A DNA stretch of 64,000 bases, taken from positions 480,001 through 544,000 of the forward strand of contig CAXXDV010000001.1 of assembly GCA_963674745.2 (NCBI GenBank). Direction: 5' to 3'. This document shows positions 38,396 to 47,987 of the stretch, one piece after another (within the stretch, counting starts at the first letter, position 1; each line of letters starts with the position of its first letter). This stretch comes from Desulfosudaceae bacterium. GTDB lineage: Bacteria > Desulfobacterota > Desulfobacteria > Desulfobacterales > Desulfosudaceae. The notes beneath the pieces were generated by a model. That model saw only the letters and a list, made by a program, of their open reading frames with translations. It was not told the origin of the DNA and ran no database searches. A program made the translations under genes and the position numbers.

Positions 38396-39895
38396 TTATT
38401 CCAACACTAATGTGGTTGCGCCCTGGCCGAATTTCGGCCCGGCAAAGGTGGTCATTTTCAGGTTGGTCAGGTCAAAAAGAGTGGTGCTTTGGTGGACCGA
38501 ACTGTTCGGGCCCTGGCCATCGGCAGTATACATCCAGTTAATAAAGTCGAGCGCCTTGTTGTAATCATATGTGCCGTAATCCTTCTTGAGCAGAGGGATC
38601 ATTTTGTCATAGCGTCTTTTGGAATCGCTATCCACATAGGTGCCGGTAAGCGAGTTCATATTAAGCGCCAGAAAATGGTTTGTCTGTATCAGAGCATCTC
38701 CATAGGTTTCCTGCTGGTCAACACCATATAAAATGGGTACAAGGGAATTCTGCCGATGGTTCAAGTACCGGCAAGCGTAATTGTGCGCCGACACCTCCAG
38801 GGACACGCCGCCCCGGTTGGCCCCTTGCCCGTCGGCAATGGCATATATCCAGGAAGCACCCCGCTTGGATTTTTCGATCATCGAAACGGCCTCGGGCAAC
38901 TCATTGGCCTTTTCCATGACCCAGCGGGCGGTCAGCAGGCATCCCATACCGACATCACCGGGCACACAATCAAAGGCCGGCACCATGTCCATGCCGATGC
39001 CAAGGCCTTTTTCATTCATGGCGGCGATGCACCCTACCAGTCCGGCCACACCGACATTGATCACCCGGTTTTTGTCCTTGCCGCAGGTCTCGATAATAAC
39101 CGGGTGGTCGGAAAACCCCTTGCCGCCGAACATGAAGTCCCGGCCAAGATAGAGGTTTCCGGTCTTGGTGGCGTTGCCGTCCAGGATATGCGCGTTGCAA
39201 GACAGGCTAAGGCTGTCAAGCAGCTCCCCGGTTTTAACAAGCGTGACCATAATCGGATAGCCGGCGCTTAAGAAGGCATCAAAACCCACATTGAGAAGCA
39301 GGACATCTTCGTAAGGAAGATCTATCCCTCTTGCCCGGGCGCCGTCAGAAATACCGCGCATTTCGTCCCTGTATTCTTTTGGAATATACTGTGAATTGAA
39401 CAATGCGATTTGCTTGAAAGTGAAAAGCAGTATATCCGCGAGCGACGTATCGGGAAAATTCGAGATATCCATACCCAGAGATTCCAGGAGAACTTCCGCT
39501 ATCGGTTTTAAAAATATATTTACATCGATACCTGTATTCCCGCCTATCATGCTGGTGCCGAGATCTAAGTAGAAATCTTCGGCTGCAACCGCCTTGCACT
39601 TTTCCGGAATCAGATACCCTTGCTGGTAGCCCATTTCATATCCGCTGCCTTCCAGGTGAAGGAAGGGCTGTTTATGTCCCGTATCCGTGATGATATATTC
39701 CAGATAGCCTTTTCCGCCGGGTGCGTACGTGCGATCGACGTGGAGGCCGGGCCCAGGGCCGTCGACGACGGGCTGGGGTGGTGGTGGTGGCGGGGGTTTG
39801 GGTGCAAATGCAAATGCAGTGGTTGCCTGAAAAAACAGACACAGGGTAATCATTAATAAAACAAACAGCTTACCAGACAAACATTTTTTCCTCAT
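38396..39895 (-). CDS. Secreted C45/Ntn-hydrolase (acid ceramidase/NAAA-like autoproteolytic amidase), copy 1
   Basis: LHLEGSGYEMGYQQG, EMRGISDGA, S|CNA nucleophile, GRDF, AMNEKGL, QTNH; 29-aa signal + poly-Pro. Confidence 0.82.
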   Translation of the reverse strand: MRKKCLSGKLFVLLMITLCLFFQATTAFAFAPKPPPPPPPQPVVDGPGPGLHVDRTYAPGGKGYLEYIITDTGHKQPFLHLEGSGYEMGYQQGYLIPEKCKAVAAEDFYLDLGTSMIGGNTGIDVNIFLKPIAEVLLESLGMDISNFPDTSLADILLFTFKQIALFNSQYIPKEYRDEMRGISDGARARGIDLPYEDVLLLNVGFDAFLSAGYPIMVTLVKTGELLDSLSLSCNAHILDGNATKTGNLYLGRDFMFGGKGFSDHPVIIETCGKDKNRVINVGVAGLVGCIAAMNEKGLGIGMDMVPAFDCVPGDVGMGCLLTARWVMEKANELPEAVSMIEKSKRGASWIYAIADGQGANRGGVSLEVSAHNYACRYLNHRQNSLVPILYGVDQQETYGDALIQTNHFLALNMNSLTGTYVDSDSKRRYDKMIPLLKKDYGTYDYNKALDFINWMYTADGQGPNSSVHQSTTLFDLTNLKMTTFAGPKFGQGATTLVLE

Positions 39896-39979
39896 TCTTT
39901 CATCCCCCTACCTGAATAATGTTGCTGTTATGGTTGCTTGCAAAAGAGCAAGGCAACCTTTTATTATTTTAATCTGTAT

Positions 39980-40096
39980 AGCATTAATCATGCCGAAAAA
40001 ATTATTCCATAATATTCAACAGGTTGCTATTTTCACAGCCCCCGGGCTTCGAAATATGAAAGAATTAACTGTGAAATATGAAAAGTTGCCATATAA
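39980..40096 (-). promoter_or_regulatory. sigma54 promoter cassette P4
   Basis: CGGCATGATTAATGCT (39980-39995); ATTCAACAGGTTG at 40014; GAAATATGAAA at 40051 and 40073. Confidence 0.85.
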
Positions 40097-40119
40097 TAGA
40101 AAATCAGATTGGATACGCT

Positions 40120-42186
40120 ATGAAAATTCGACCCGACAAACTTTTACAGCAGGTGCAAAAGCGCGTCTTTGATGAAGACGACCTTGAGGGGGGGCTGCTT
40201 GATATCTATAAATGCATTTCAGATGTGGTGCCCCTGGAAAGGGTGCTGCTGCTCCATTTCGATCATGATCGGAAGATGTGCCGGGTTATCGCCCATGCCA
40301 TTGGGGTGGGTGCCGAAGAAACCAATTTCATGTTCGACGTTCCCGATGAGATCATTGAACTGTTATGCAGCCAGGCCATGCCCGAGACCCACATCATCAA
40401 CCAGCCGGACAAGGACCCCCTGGGCGCAGAGGTAATGAAGTACAGCGGCATGTCCGACTGGTCGGCATTTCTTGTAAATTTCAAAAACGATACCAACACC
40501 TATGGCGCGGCTGTGATCCTGACTGACGGCAGGGATAAGTTCAAGCAAGATCATTCTTACCGGATCACGCGTTTAAAAGCCCCCCTGCAGCTGGCACTGG
40601 ATACCGCCATCACAGCAAACGAAAAGCGGATTCAGCCGCCCTTGTGGAAAGAACCTGTGGCGGATAAAAATGAATTTTTCCGCCAGGTCACCCGGCGTTT
40701 ATGCGGCCACCTTGACCTGAAAACCGGTGTCGATCTGTGCAATCAATACCTCAGCCGCTTTTTGCCGGCTGACGCGCTTATGGTCATGCAGGTCGAAACG
40801 GGCCTGAAATCCGAACGTATTCATGCCGAGGCCTTCGGGATGCTGCAGCTGCACACCCAGCCTGTTGTCCCCTGGGCACCGGGAAGACCGGCCCCTGATG
40901 CCTTCAGGGAAGGGTTTGAGGCACACATCATCAATGAACCTGAGGACTATCCTGAGATGCGCCCCTATTTCAACCTTTTCGGTGATGACTGGTCGGCGAT
41001 TATCATGCCCCTCGTCCACGAGGACCGGCCGTTTGGTGTCGCGATAATGGCGCTGGTCGGTAAAAACCGCTATACAGAAACGCACAAGCAACTGTTTTCA
41101 TTACTCCATGACCCGTTTGCCCTGGCCCTCTCAAACAACATCAAGCACCGCGAGGTCATCCGGCTGAAAAACATCATCTCGCAGGAGAGAAAAGACCTTC
41201 AGAAAGAATTGAATTTCCCCGCAGCAGGCACTATCGTCGGTGCCAGGCATGGCTTAAGAGATGTCATGGACAGTGCCCGCCTTGTTGCCGAACAGGACAG
41301 CCCGGTATTGCTGACAGGAGAAACCGGCGTGGGCAAGGAAATTATCGCCAATTTCATCCATCAGCAGTCATCGCGAAGAGACGGCCCTTTTATCAAGGTG
41401 AATTGCGGTGCCATACCGGATACGCTGGTGGACAGTGAGCTGTTCGGTCATGAGAAAGGGGCTTTCACCGACGCCCGAAGCCGGAAAAAGGGCCGCTTTG
41501 AACGGGCCAGCAGGGGAACCATTTTTCTGGATGAAATCGGCGAACTGCCCCTGCCGGCCCAGGTGCGCCTGCTCCGGGTGCTGCAAAACAAAGTCATTGA
41601 ACGCGTTGGCGGCACCGAAGCCATACCCGTTGACATCCGCATTATCGCCGCCACCCACCGCAACCTGGAAGAACTGATGGCTTCCGGGAAGTTCAGAGAA
41701 GACCTGTGGTTCCGCCTGAATGTATTTCCCATCCGGATCCCTCCCCTGCGTTCAAGAAAAGAGGATATCCCGGCCCTGGCAGACCACTTTATCGAGAAGA
41801 AATCCTTTGAATTACGATTCCAGGACCAGCCGACCCTTTCGACAAACGCCATGCGAAGGTTGACCGCTTATGATTGGCCGGGAAACGTCCGCGAACTGGA
41901 GAACGTGATTGAAAGGGAATTGATCCTGAACAAAGGCGGGCGGCTGACGTTTCAGCATGTCAGCCCCGAACCGCCGAAAGACAACCCTTCTGAACCGGCC
42001 ATTAAGGAAGATAATATCCTGTCCCTGGATGAGGTCTTTGCCCGTCATGCAAAAGAAGCGCTGACCCTTTCCGGCGGAAGGGTTGAAGGTCCGGGTGGTG
42101 CCTCGGAATTGCTGGGCATTAAACCCGGCACCCTGCGCAGCAGAATGAAAAAACTCGGGATTCCCTACGGCAGGAATAAGACATGA
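40120..42186 (+). CDS. sigma54-dependent activator (bEBP), type A (more divergent), pair 3
   Basis: GETGVGKE, GAFTDA variant loop, WPGNVRELEN, HTH; ATG 40120 preferred since 40078 lies inside the UAS. Confidence 0.93.
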   Translation: MKIRPDKLLQQVQKRVFDEDDLEGGLLDIYKCISDVVPLERVLLLHFDHDRKMCRVIAHAIGVGAEETNFMFDVPDEIIELLCSQAMPETHIINQPDKDPLGAEVMKYSGMSDWSAFLVNFKNDTNTYGAAVILTDGRDKFKQDHSYRITRLKAPLQLALDTAITANEKRIQPPLWKEPVADKNEFFRQVTRRLCGHLDLKTGVDLCNQYLSRFLPADALMVMQVETGLKSERIHAEAFGMLQLHTQPVVPWAPGRPAPDAFREGFEAHIINEPEDYPEMRPYFNLFGDDWSAIIMPLVHEDRPFGVAIMALVGKNRYTETHKQLFSLLHDPFALALSNNIKHREVIRLKNIISQERKDLQKELNFPAAGTIVGARHGLRDVMDSARLVAEQDSPVLLTGETGVGKEIIANFIHQQSSRRDGPFIKVNCGAIPDTLVDSELFGHEKGAFTDARSRKKGRFERASRGTIFLDEIGELPLPAQVRLLRVLQNKVIERVGGTEAIPVDIRIIAATHRNLEELMASGKFREDLWFRLNVFPIRIPPLRSRKEDIPALADHFIEKKSFELRFQDQPTLSTNAMRRLTAYDWPGNVRELENVIERELILNKGGRLTFQHVSPEPPKDNPSEPAIKEDNILSLDEVFARHAKEALTLSGGRVEGPGGASELLGIKPGTLRSRMKKLGIPYGRNKT

Positions 42187-42257
42187 TACACATATTTCAT
42201 GGACTGTTCTGAAATCCTGATCATCGGCCCATTGCAAGGCGCAAGGCATGCATACAC

Positions 42258-42345
42258 GTAGGGGCACCCCCCTGTGGGTGCCCTTCTATCGGGCGGCCAC
42301 GGGGGGGTGCCCTTCTATCGGGCGGCCACGGGGGGCCGCCCCTAC
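42258..42345. repeat. GTAG-type REP doublet (REPIN) with internal 29-bp tandem duplication
   Basis: GTAGGGGCACCCCCCTGTGGGTGCCC ... GGGCGGCCACGGGGGGCCGCCCCTAC; GGGTGCCCTTCTATCGGGCGGCCACG at 42276 and 42305. Confidence 0.75.
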
Positions 42346-42363
42346 TAATAATTGGTGAACGAT

Positions 42364-44439
42364 ATGATGAAAACTGAGCCGGACGTTTTAAACCGGATAA
42401 TGCAGCGTGCAGCCGCAGGCGGGGACGTCTACGAAGCGCTGTTCGCTTTTTATGGTTATCTTCGCCGGATACTGCCCGTCGATCGAATGAGCCTGGTTCA
42501 ATTTGATTTTGACAGGCTTATACTGCGATCTGTTGCCCAGTCCTCTGACACGGGATGTGAAAAAACGAATTTTCAGTTTCATCTGCCCGCTGAAATTGTT
42601 GACCTCATTCAAAATGAAAGTCTGCCACGAGCACACACGATCAATGAACCGGAAATGGATCTGATCGGTAAGAATATAGCCGTAAGGTTTCGTCTTTCGG
42701 ACTGGTCCATGATGAGCATAAGGATTAAGGATCAGGCCGTCGTTTACGGGGCAATTTTTTTTGTAACAAAAGGCCGGAACAAATATACTGAAAATCATAC
42801 CCGCCTGTTAACCGGTCTATATGATAAGCATAAATGGTTTCTTGAGGCTGTAATCAAGGATCATGACGAAACATCGGCCGGGCCCGGACAAAAAGAACCC
42901 ATACCCGGTAAATATGAATACTTCCGTCAGGTCACCCGCCGATTGTGCGGCCATCTTGATCTTGAGGCCGGGGTTTTGCATTGCCTTCAATACCTCAGCC
43001 GGTTTATGCCGGTTGCTACACTTGCCGTTCACAAGCATTATACGGGCCCGGGGGACGACTTTATCGGGGTCAGCCCGAACGGATTTTTCGACTATTTCAA
43101 CCCTGAATTTATGACCCGGTCGACCGAGCACCTGAGCCCATCAGGAAAGACGGATAATCCCAAAGTCACCATCATCAATCAGCCCGAACGCAATCCCGCC
43201 ATGAAACATAATGTAAAACTGTTCGGCCCCAACTGGTCGGCGATTACCATGTTTCTCCAGCACAACAGGGATCCGCTCGGCATGGCTTCGATCATCACCG
43301 AAGGGGAAAACGCCTATACCGAAGAACACCGGCGCCTGTTTGCAATGCTCCATGATCCTTTTGCCCTGGCGCTTTCAAATTACAACAAACATCACGAAAT
43401 CATCCAGCTGAAAAACATCATCGAAGAAGAGAAGAAAGACCTTCAGGAAGAGCTCAAGCGCTCCGGAGCGTATACCATTATCGGCGAAAATTCGGGCCTG
43501 AAATCGGTAATGGAAAACGCCCGCCTTGTCGCCGGGCAGGACAGCCCGGTTTTGCTGACAGGAGAGACCGGTTCCGGCAAGGAAATCATCGCCAATTACA
43601 TCCATCAGCAATCATCGCGAAAGGACGGCCCCTTAATCAAGGTCAATTGCGGCGCCATTCCGGACACGCTGCTGGACAGTGAACTGTTCGGCCATGAAAA
43701 AGGCGCCTTTACGGGTGCAGAGAACCGTAAAATCGGCCGCTTTGAAAGGGCCGACAGAGGGACGATCTTTCTGGATGAAATCGCCGAGCTGTCGCTGCCG
43801 GCCCAGGTCCGCATGCTCCGGGTACTCCAGTATAAGGTTATCGAGCGTGTCGGCGGAACGGAAGCCATACCCGTTGACGTCCGCATCATCGCCGCCACCC
43901 ACCGCAACCTGGAAGCACAGACGGCATCCGGGCAATTCAGGGAAGACCTCTGGTTCCGCCTGAACGTGTTTCCGATCCGGATCCCCCCGTTGCGTTCAAG
44001 AAAGGCGGACATGCCGGACCTGGTCAACTATTTTATCGAAAAAAAATCCCGTGAATTGAAACGCCAGGATCCCCCCCCCCTGTCTCCTGATGCCATGGAA
44101 CGGTTGAGCGCGTATGAATGGCCGGGAAACGTGCGTGAACTGGAGAATGTGGTTGAAAGAGAATTGATTCTAAGCCGGGGAGAAGTACTCACGTTTCAGA
44201 GCATTACCCCCGGGCCGTCAAAAGGCAGTTCTCCGGACACGGCGATTTCCGCTGAGGACTTTTTGAAAATGGATGAGGTCTACGTCCGTCACATTGAAAA
44301 AGTGCTGGCTTATACAAACGGCAAGGTCAGCGGCCCCGGGGGCGCTGCCGAACTGCTGAAAATAAACCCCGCTACCCTGCGAAACCGGATGAAAAAACTG
44401 GGGATCCCCTACGGCTGGGAAAAGGAAAAAACAACCTAA
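42364..44439 (+). CDS. sigma54-dependent activator (bEBP), type B, pair 3
   Basis: GETGSGKE, GAFTGA, HTH; N-terminus GGDVYEAL matches the other B types. Confidence 0.94.
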   Translation: MMKTEPDVLNRIMQRAAAGGDVYEALFAFYGYLRRILPVDRMSLVQFDFDRLILRSVAQSSDTGCEKTNFQFHLPAEIVDLIQNESLPRAHTINEPEMDLIGKNIAVRFRLSDWSMMSIRIKDQAVVYGAIFFVTKGRNKYTENHTRLLTGLYDKHKWFLEAVIKDHDETSAGPGQKEPIPGKYEYFRQVTRRLCGHLDLEAGVLHCLQYLSRFMPVATLAVHKHYTGPGDDFIGVSPNGFFDYFNPEFMTRSTEHLSPSGKTDNPKVTIINQPERNPAMKHNVKLFGPNWSAITMFLQHNRDPLGMASIITEGENAYTEEHRRLFAMLHDPFALALSNYNKHHEIIQLKNIIEEEKKDLQEELKRSGAYTIIGENSGLKSVMENARLVAGQDSPVLLTGETGSGKEIIANYIHQQSSRKDGPLIKVNCGAIPDTLLDSELFGHEKGAFTGAENRKIGRFERADRGTIFLDEIAELSLPAQVRMLRVLQYKVIERVGGTEAIPVDVRIIAATHRNLEAQTASGQFREDLWFRLNVFPIRIPPLRSRKADMPDLVNYFIEKKSRELKRQDPPPLSPDAMERLSAYEWPGNVRELENVVERELILSRGEVLTFQSITPGPSKGSSPDTAISAEDFLKMDEVYVRHIEKVLAYTNGKVSGPGGAAELLKINPATLRNRMKKLGIPYGWEKEKTT

Positions 44440-45329
44440 TACGCAACATAGGAATCGATCTTCGCTTTGATTTCATCGACATAGTTTTCGTTGTCAATCC
44501 TGATTGCTACCGCGCCCTCCGGGCAGTATGTCTCACACCTGCCGCACCCCCTGCAGACATCAGTATGCACGGCCTTGCCGTCAACAATTTTTATGGCATC
44601 AAAGGGGCAGGTTGCCATACAGGTGCCGCATCCGGTGCACTTATTGTTCACCTCGATGACCAGCCCCTTGATCGGTTCAATGATGCCGTCAAGGTATTTA
44701 CCCGGTACATGCTTATACGATGTCAGAATGCAGCAGCAGGGACAGCAGAAACATATCGCTAACAGTTTTTTCCGGTCAGGGGTCATATAAATGAAATTGT
44801 CGATACTCACCTTGCCGGTCATGGGCACCAGCCCTTCTGCAATACCCTTCTTTACATGTTCACGGGCCTCTTCACGGCTGATCCGCTTGCTTACACCATG
44901 AGGCAGGCTCAGGGCGGTCTCGCCCATAAAGAGGCAGCCGATATTATGGTCATGGGCTTTACATTCGCCGAGAAGGCGGCAACCGCATTCATTCATCCTG
45001 ACAAAAACCGACGCCTTTTCGATAATGTTATAAAGCACCTGTTGGGATAAAACCGTGTTGGGGCCGGATTCAAGGGATTTATTGACCGGCAGGTAGTTGA
45101 TGCAGTTTTTATCCGGATTCAACCAGGGGATTATCCGCCTGAGCCCGGGCACCTTGCCGAGATAGAATATAAATAAAACCGCCTTGAACGGTTTTAATCG
45201 CCTGCCGCTTGAGATGATCCATGAAAGTACTGCCTGCAACGGGTTATCACGGACATGCCGGTTATAATAATCAATGGGTTCAGACTGAAGGGCAAGCCCG
45301 CTGTTCTTTCTTTTCAAGGCGAACTTCAT
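44436..45329 (-). CDS. 4Fe-4S dicluster-binding protein
   Basis: CGCR, ICFCCPCCC, CTGCGTCMATCP, CRGCGRCETYCP. Confidence 0.88.
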   Translation of the reverse strand: MKFALKRKNSGLALQSEPIDYYNRHVRDNPLQAVLSWIISSGRRLKPFKAVLFIFYLGKVPGLRRIIPWLNPDKNCINYLPVNKSLESGPNTVLSQQVLYNIIEKASVFVRMNECGCRLLGECKAHDHNIGCLFMGETALSLPHGVSKRISREEAREHVKKGIAEGLVPMTGKVSIDNFIYMTPDRKKLLAICFCCPCCCILTSYKHVPGKYLDGIIEPIKGLVIEVNNKCTGCGTCMATCPFDAIKIVDGKAVHTDVCRGCGRCETYCPEGAVAIRIDNENYVDEIKAKIDSYVAY

Positions 45330-45555
45330 GGATGGCCCTCCCTTATTTTGAAGACATCTTTTTGGCTGACATTTCCGGTCCCCCCACCTTTATGATGCCC
45401 CGGCTAAACTAAATATCTTACAGTGTTTTCATAATAATATCATAGAAAAAATGATTTTCATTCGACTTTTGTTACCGGCCTGACCGGATAAACCATAATT
45501 GTCCCGGATCGTCATTCCGGGCCACTTTTTTCTGGAGGGCTTCGATAAAACCAGT

Positions 45556-45593
45556 CTGCCGGTTTCCAGTCATAAACGGATGGAAACCGGCAG
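45556..45593 (-). terminator. Terminator hairpin after GH31 gene
   Basis: 13-bp stem CTGCCGGTTTCCA/TGGAAACCGGCAG. Confidence 0.6.
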
Positions 45594-45628
45594 GCGGCAT
45601 GCTCAATCAACCAGGGGCTTTCCCCACT

Positions 45629-47848
45629 CTAAAAAGGCGTTTCCCCGCACCTGAAGAAATAGGGCAGAACATCCAAGGGCGCATCAACGGTTACCGTCTG
45701 CCCGCCCTGGTACACATCGTTTGTCATCATATACTGCCAGCATCCTTCCGGTAACTTTACTGATTTGGTGCGTTTTCCTCTGTCCAATACCGGTGCCACC
45801 AGAACTTTTTCCCCCAGCATAAATTGCCCCATTTCATTGCCAAATCGATCATCGTCCGGAAAGGCCAGCCACATCGGCCGCCACAGCGGCATGCCGGTTG
45901 CGGCCGCGGTTTGCCAGAGTGTATTCATATAAGGCAGGGCTTTCTTTCTTAAGGCAAGCACAGACTTGAAAATATGTACGGTCTCATCATCATAGGACCA
46001 GGGTGTTTTAAGTGCTGTGAAAGGGGAGTTATGAAGTCTGAAGACGGATATAAATGTTGCCAGCTGGGTCCAGCGGATAAAAAGCTCTTTATTGGCAACA
46101 CCGTAGAGGTCCCAATATCCGCCGATATCTGTTGACGCATTATAGGCGCCGCCCAGGCCCCGGTTGAGGATGTCCGGTAGTACCGACTTAATGCCGGTGT
46201 CGGCATCCCAGGATTGGGTATTGTCCCCGAGAAACTGAGCGCTTTCGTAGGCCGGCGAGCCGGGTCGCCCGGTATAATTGGCGCGGGTAAAAAAGAAAAT
46301 GTCCCGCCCCGGATGGGCCTGCTCGTAGGCATCAACAATCCGGGCGGTTTCTTTATCGCCCAGGACCGGCAGCCTGTTATGCATGCTGCGTCCGGTTTCA
46401 CCATTATAGAAATGCATGTCAGGCCGGACCTGTTCGCCAAAGTCAAACATAAAACCGTCGCTGCCCAGATCCAGCATACGGGTCACCCGCTGTTCCCACC
46501 AGTCGAGGGCAAAGGGATTGGTATAATCCGTCACGCTTGTCGGTGCCATGAGTACCGGGTAGGCGTAGGGCGAACCGTCATCCCGGGTCGGCATATAACC
46601 ATTGTCGTATGCCTGGTAATAAATTTCCGGGTCTTCTGTGTTCAAAGAATCATCGGTTAACATCATCCGCATATAAGTTAACGGTTTTATATCCAGACGA
46701 TCGAGCTCTGCCAGCAACCGGTCCAGTTCTCCTTTGGTAAGATTGGCAGAAGACGCCCAGGCCTCGATAAGGTATCCACTCGTATCGATCTCCAGTTCCG
46801 TTAACTTCTGTAAATGCGCCATGGCATCCTTGAAATAAGCCCCGGGTTGGGCGTCACCAATTAACGTTATCGGCGACCGCTGAGCAAATATTAACCCTTT
46901 GGCCCAATCGGGAATCGCGCGGTGACGACCATTAATGGCCGTTATACTTGCTATATTATGCTTGTAATCCCCGGCACTCACGACAAAAGCGGCGCTGTTG
47001 GAAGATACATTCACCTTCCAGGCATCATCTCGGTCATTGCCCATATAGAACCTTGCCAGTTCACTGTTTTCAAGCAGAAAAGCGTAATCTTCCGAAGAAT
47101 AGAACAGCGCCTGCGGCCCATAGGCACGGGAAAGAGAGTATTTGTCCACTATAGCGTTCTGTGCCATGGCGTCCATGGTCCATGAGTAGAGCGCATTGCC
47201 TTTTTGATCCAGTGTCCCGCGACGTCCCCCGAAGCCATAAAAGGATTCATCACGGGCGCTTTTAAAAGCGAAGCTGATATTTTGTGCCCGTGCGTCATTT
47301 ACCGTGGCAGTAACCCGCATGGCTTTCACGCCTGATGGATCCGGTTCAACCAGGACGTCGACCGTTGTGTTGTTTCTGGTGGTTTCTAATTTGAACAACT
47401 TCCCGTTACCCGAATCGCGCACCTCGATTACGTCCGTGGCAAAATAGAGTTTCGTGTCGCGATAGACCTGCATCGGTTCGACAAAGAGCAAGTCGATAAA
47501 ATCAAAGGTTTCAGGGCCGCCGATTTCAAAGTGCAAAGGGTGATAGCTGTCGCAGATGACCGGTGGGAAAGACCAGAACTCTCCCATCAAGTCGGGTTCG
47601 CAGTAATGGCAATCCGGATTTAAAATGGGGGTATTGCTGTCAATCGAAGCCAACACGGTCCGCCCGCCACCGTCTTTAATGAGAAGGCGAAACGGCCCGG
47701 TTTCTACCACAGCGGATACGTTATTACCGGACACCACATATTGCGGATCTAAAGAAGGCTCCGGCGGCGGCGGCGCAAAGGCAAACAGTTGTGGCGTGAA
47801 AATCGACAAACAAAAAAGTGCTGAAAAAATTATGTTGAACCGTTTCAT
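45629..47848 (-). CDS. Secreted glycoside hydrolase family 31
   Basis: ESFYGFG, DYTNP, FMFDFGE nucleophile, FLGDN acid/base, TDIGGY, RWTQL, FRLH, PLWRPM, VLVAPV; signal + FAPPPPEP; ATG 47848 with AAAGGAG RBS. Confidence 0.9.
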   Translation of the reverse strand: MKRFNIIFSALFCLSIFTPQLFAFAPPPPEPSLDPQYVVSGNNVSAVVETGPFRLLIKDGGGRTVLASIDSNTPILNPDCHYCEPDLMGEFWSFPPVICDSYHPLHFEIGGPETFDFIDLLFVEPMQVYRDTKLYFATDVIEVRDSGNGKLFKLETTRNNTTVDVLVEPDPSGVKAMRVTATVNDARAQNISFAFKSARDESFYGFGGRRGTLDQKGNALYSWTMDAMAQNAIVDKYSLSRAYGPQALFYSSEDYAFLLENSELARFYMGNDRDDAWKVNVSSNSAAFVVSAGDYKHNIASITAINGRHRAIPDWAKGLIFAQRSPITLIGDAQPGAYFKDAMAHLQKLTELEIDTSGYLIEAWASSANLTKGELDRLLAELDRLDIKPLTYMRMMLTDDSLNTEDPEIYYQAYDNGYMPTRDDGSPYAYPVLMAPTSVTDYTNPFALDWWEQRVTRMLDLGSDGFMFDFGEQVRPDMHFYNGETGRSMHNRLPVLGDKETARIVDAYEQAHPGRDIFFFTRANYTGRPGSPAYESAQFLGDNTQSWDADTGIKSVLPDILNRGLGGAYNASTDIGGYWDLYGVANKELFIRWTQLATFISVFRLHNSPFTALKTPWSYDDETVHIFKSVLALRKKALPYMNTLWQTAAATGMPLWRPMWLAFPDDDRFGNEMGQFMLGEKVLVAPVLDRGKRTKSVKLPEGCWQYMMTNDVYQGGQTVTVDAPLDVLPYFFRCGETPF

Positions 47849-47987
47849 TCCATACGCTCCTTTGTAATTGCGTTTAACACCATCAGGCAACCCTATCTCC
47901 TCCTTACCTGATCTGCTTAATCTCGATATACCGGTATAAAAACGATTGTTCCTTGACTATTTTGACAATAATTAGCATTATCCTCAC

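Noticed and set aside
42258..42345. 29-bp direct repeat as a mini CRISPR array
   Set aside because: Copies are adjacent with no spacer and no cas genes; explained as a REP duplication
15103..44027. Recurring antisense and alternate-frame ORFs inside the six activator genes (e.g. 17255-17824, 17427-18134, 32331-33275, 41448-41852)
   Set aside because: They recur only because the AAA-domain DNA is conserved between paralogs; they are shadow frames with no independent motifs
45629..47848. GH31 as a sulfoquinovosidase (yihQ)
   Set aside because: DFGE and DIGGY are present, but I cannot see the Q/R/W sulfonate-binding residues in the expected segment; specificity left unassigned
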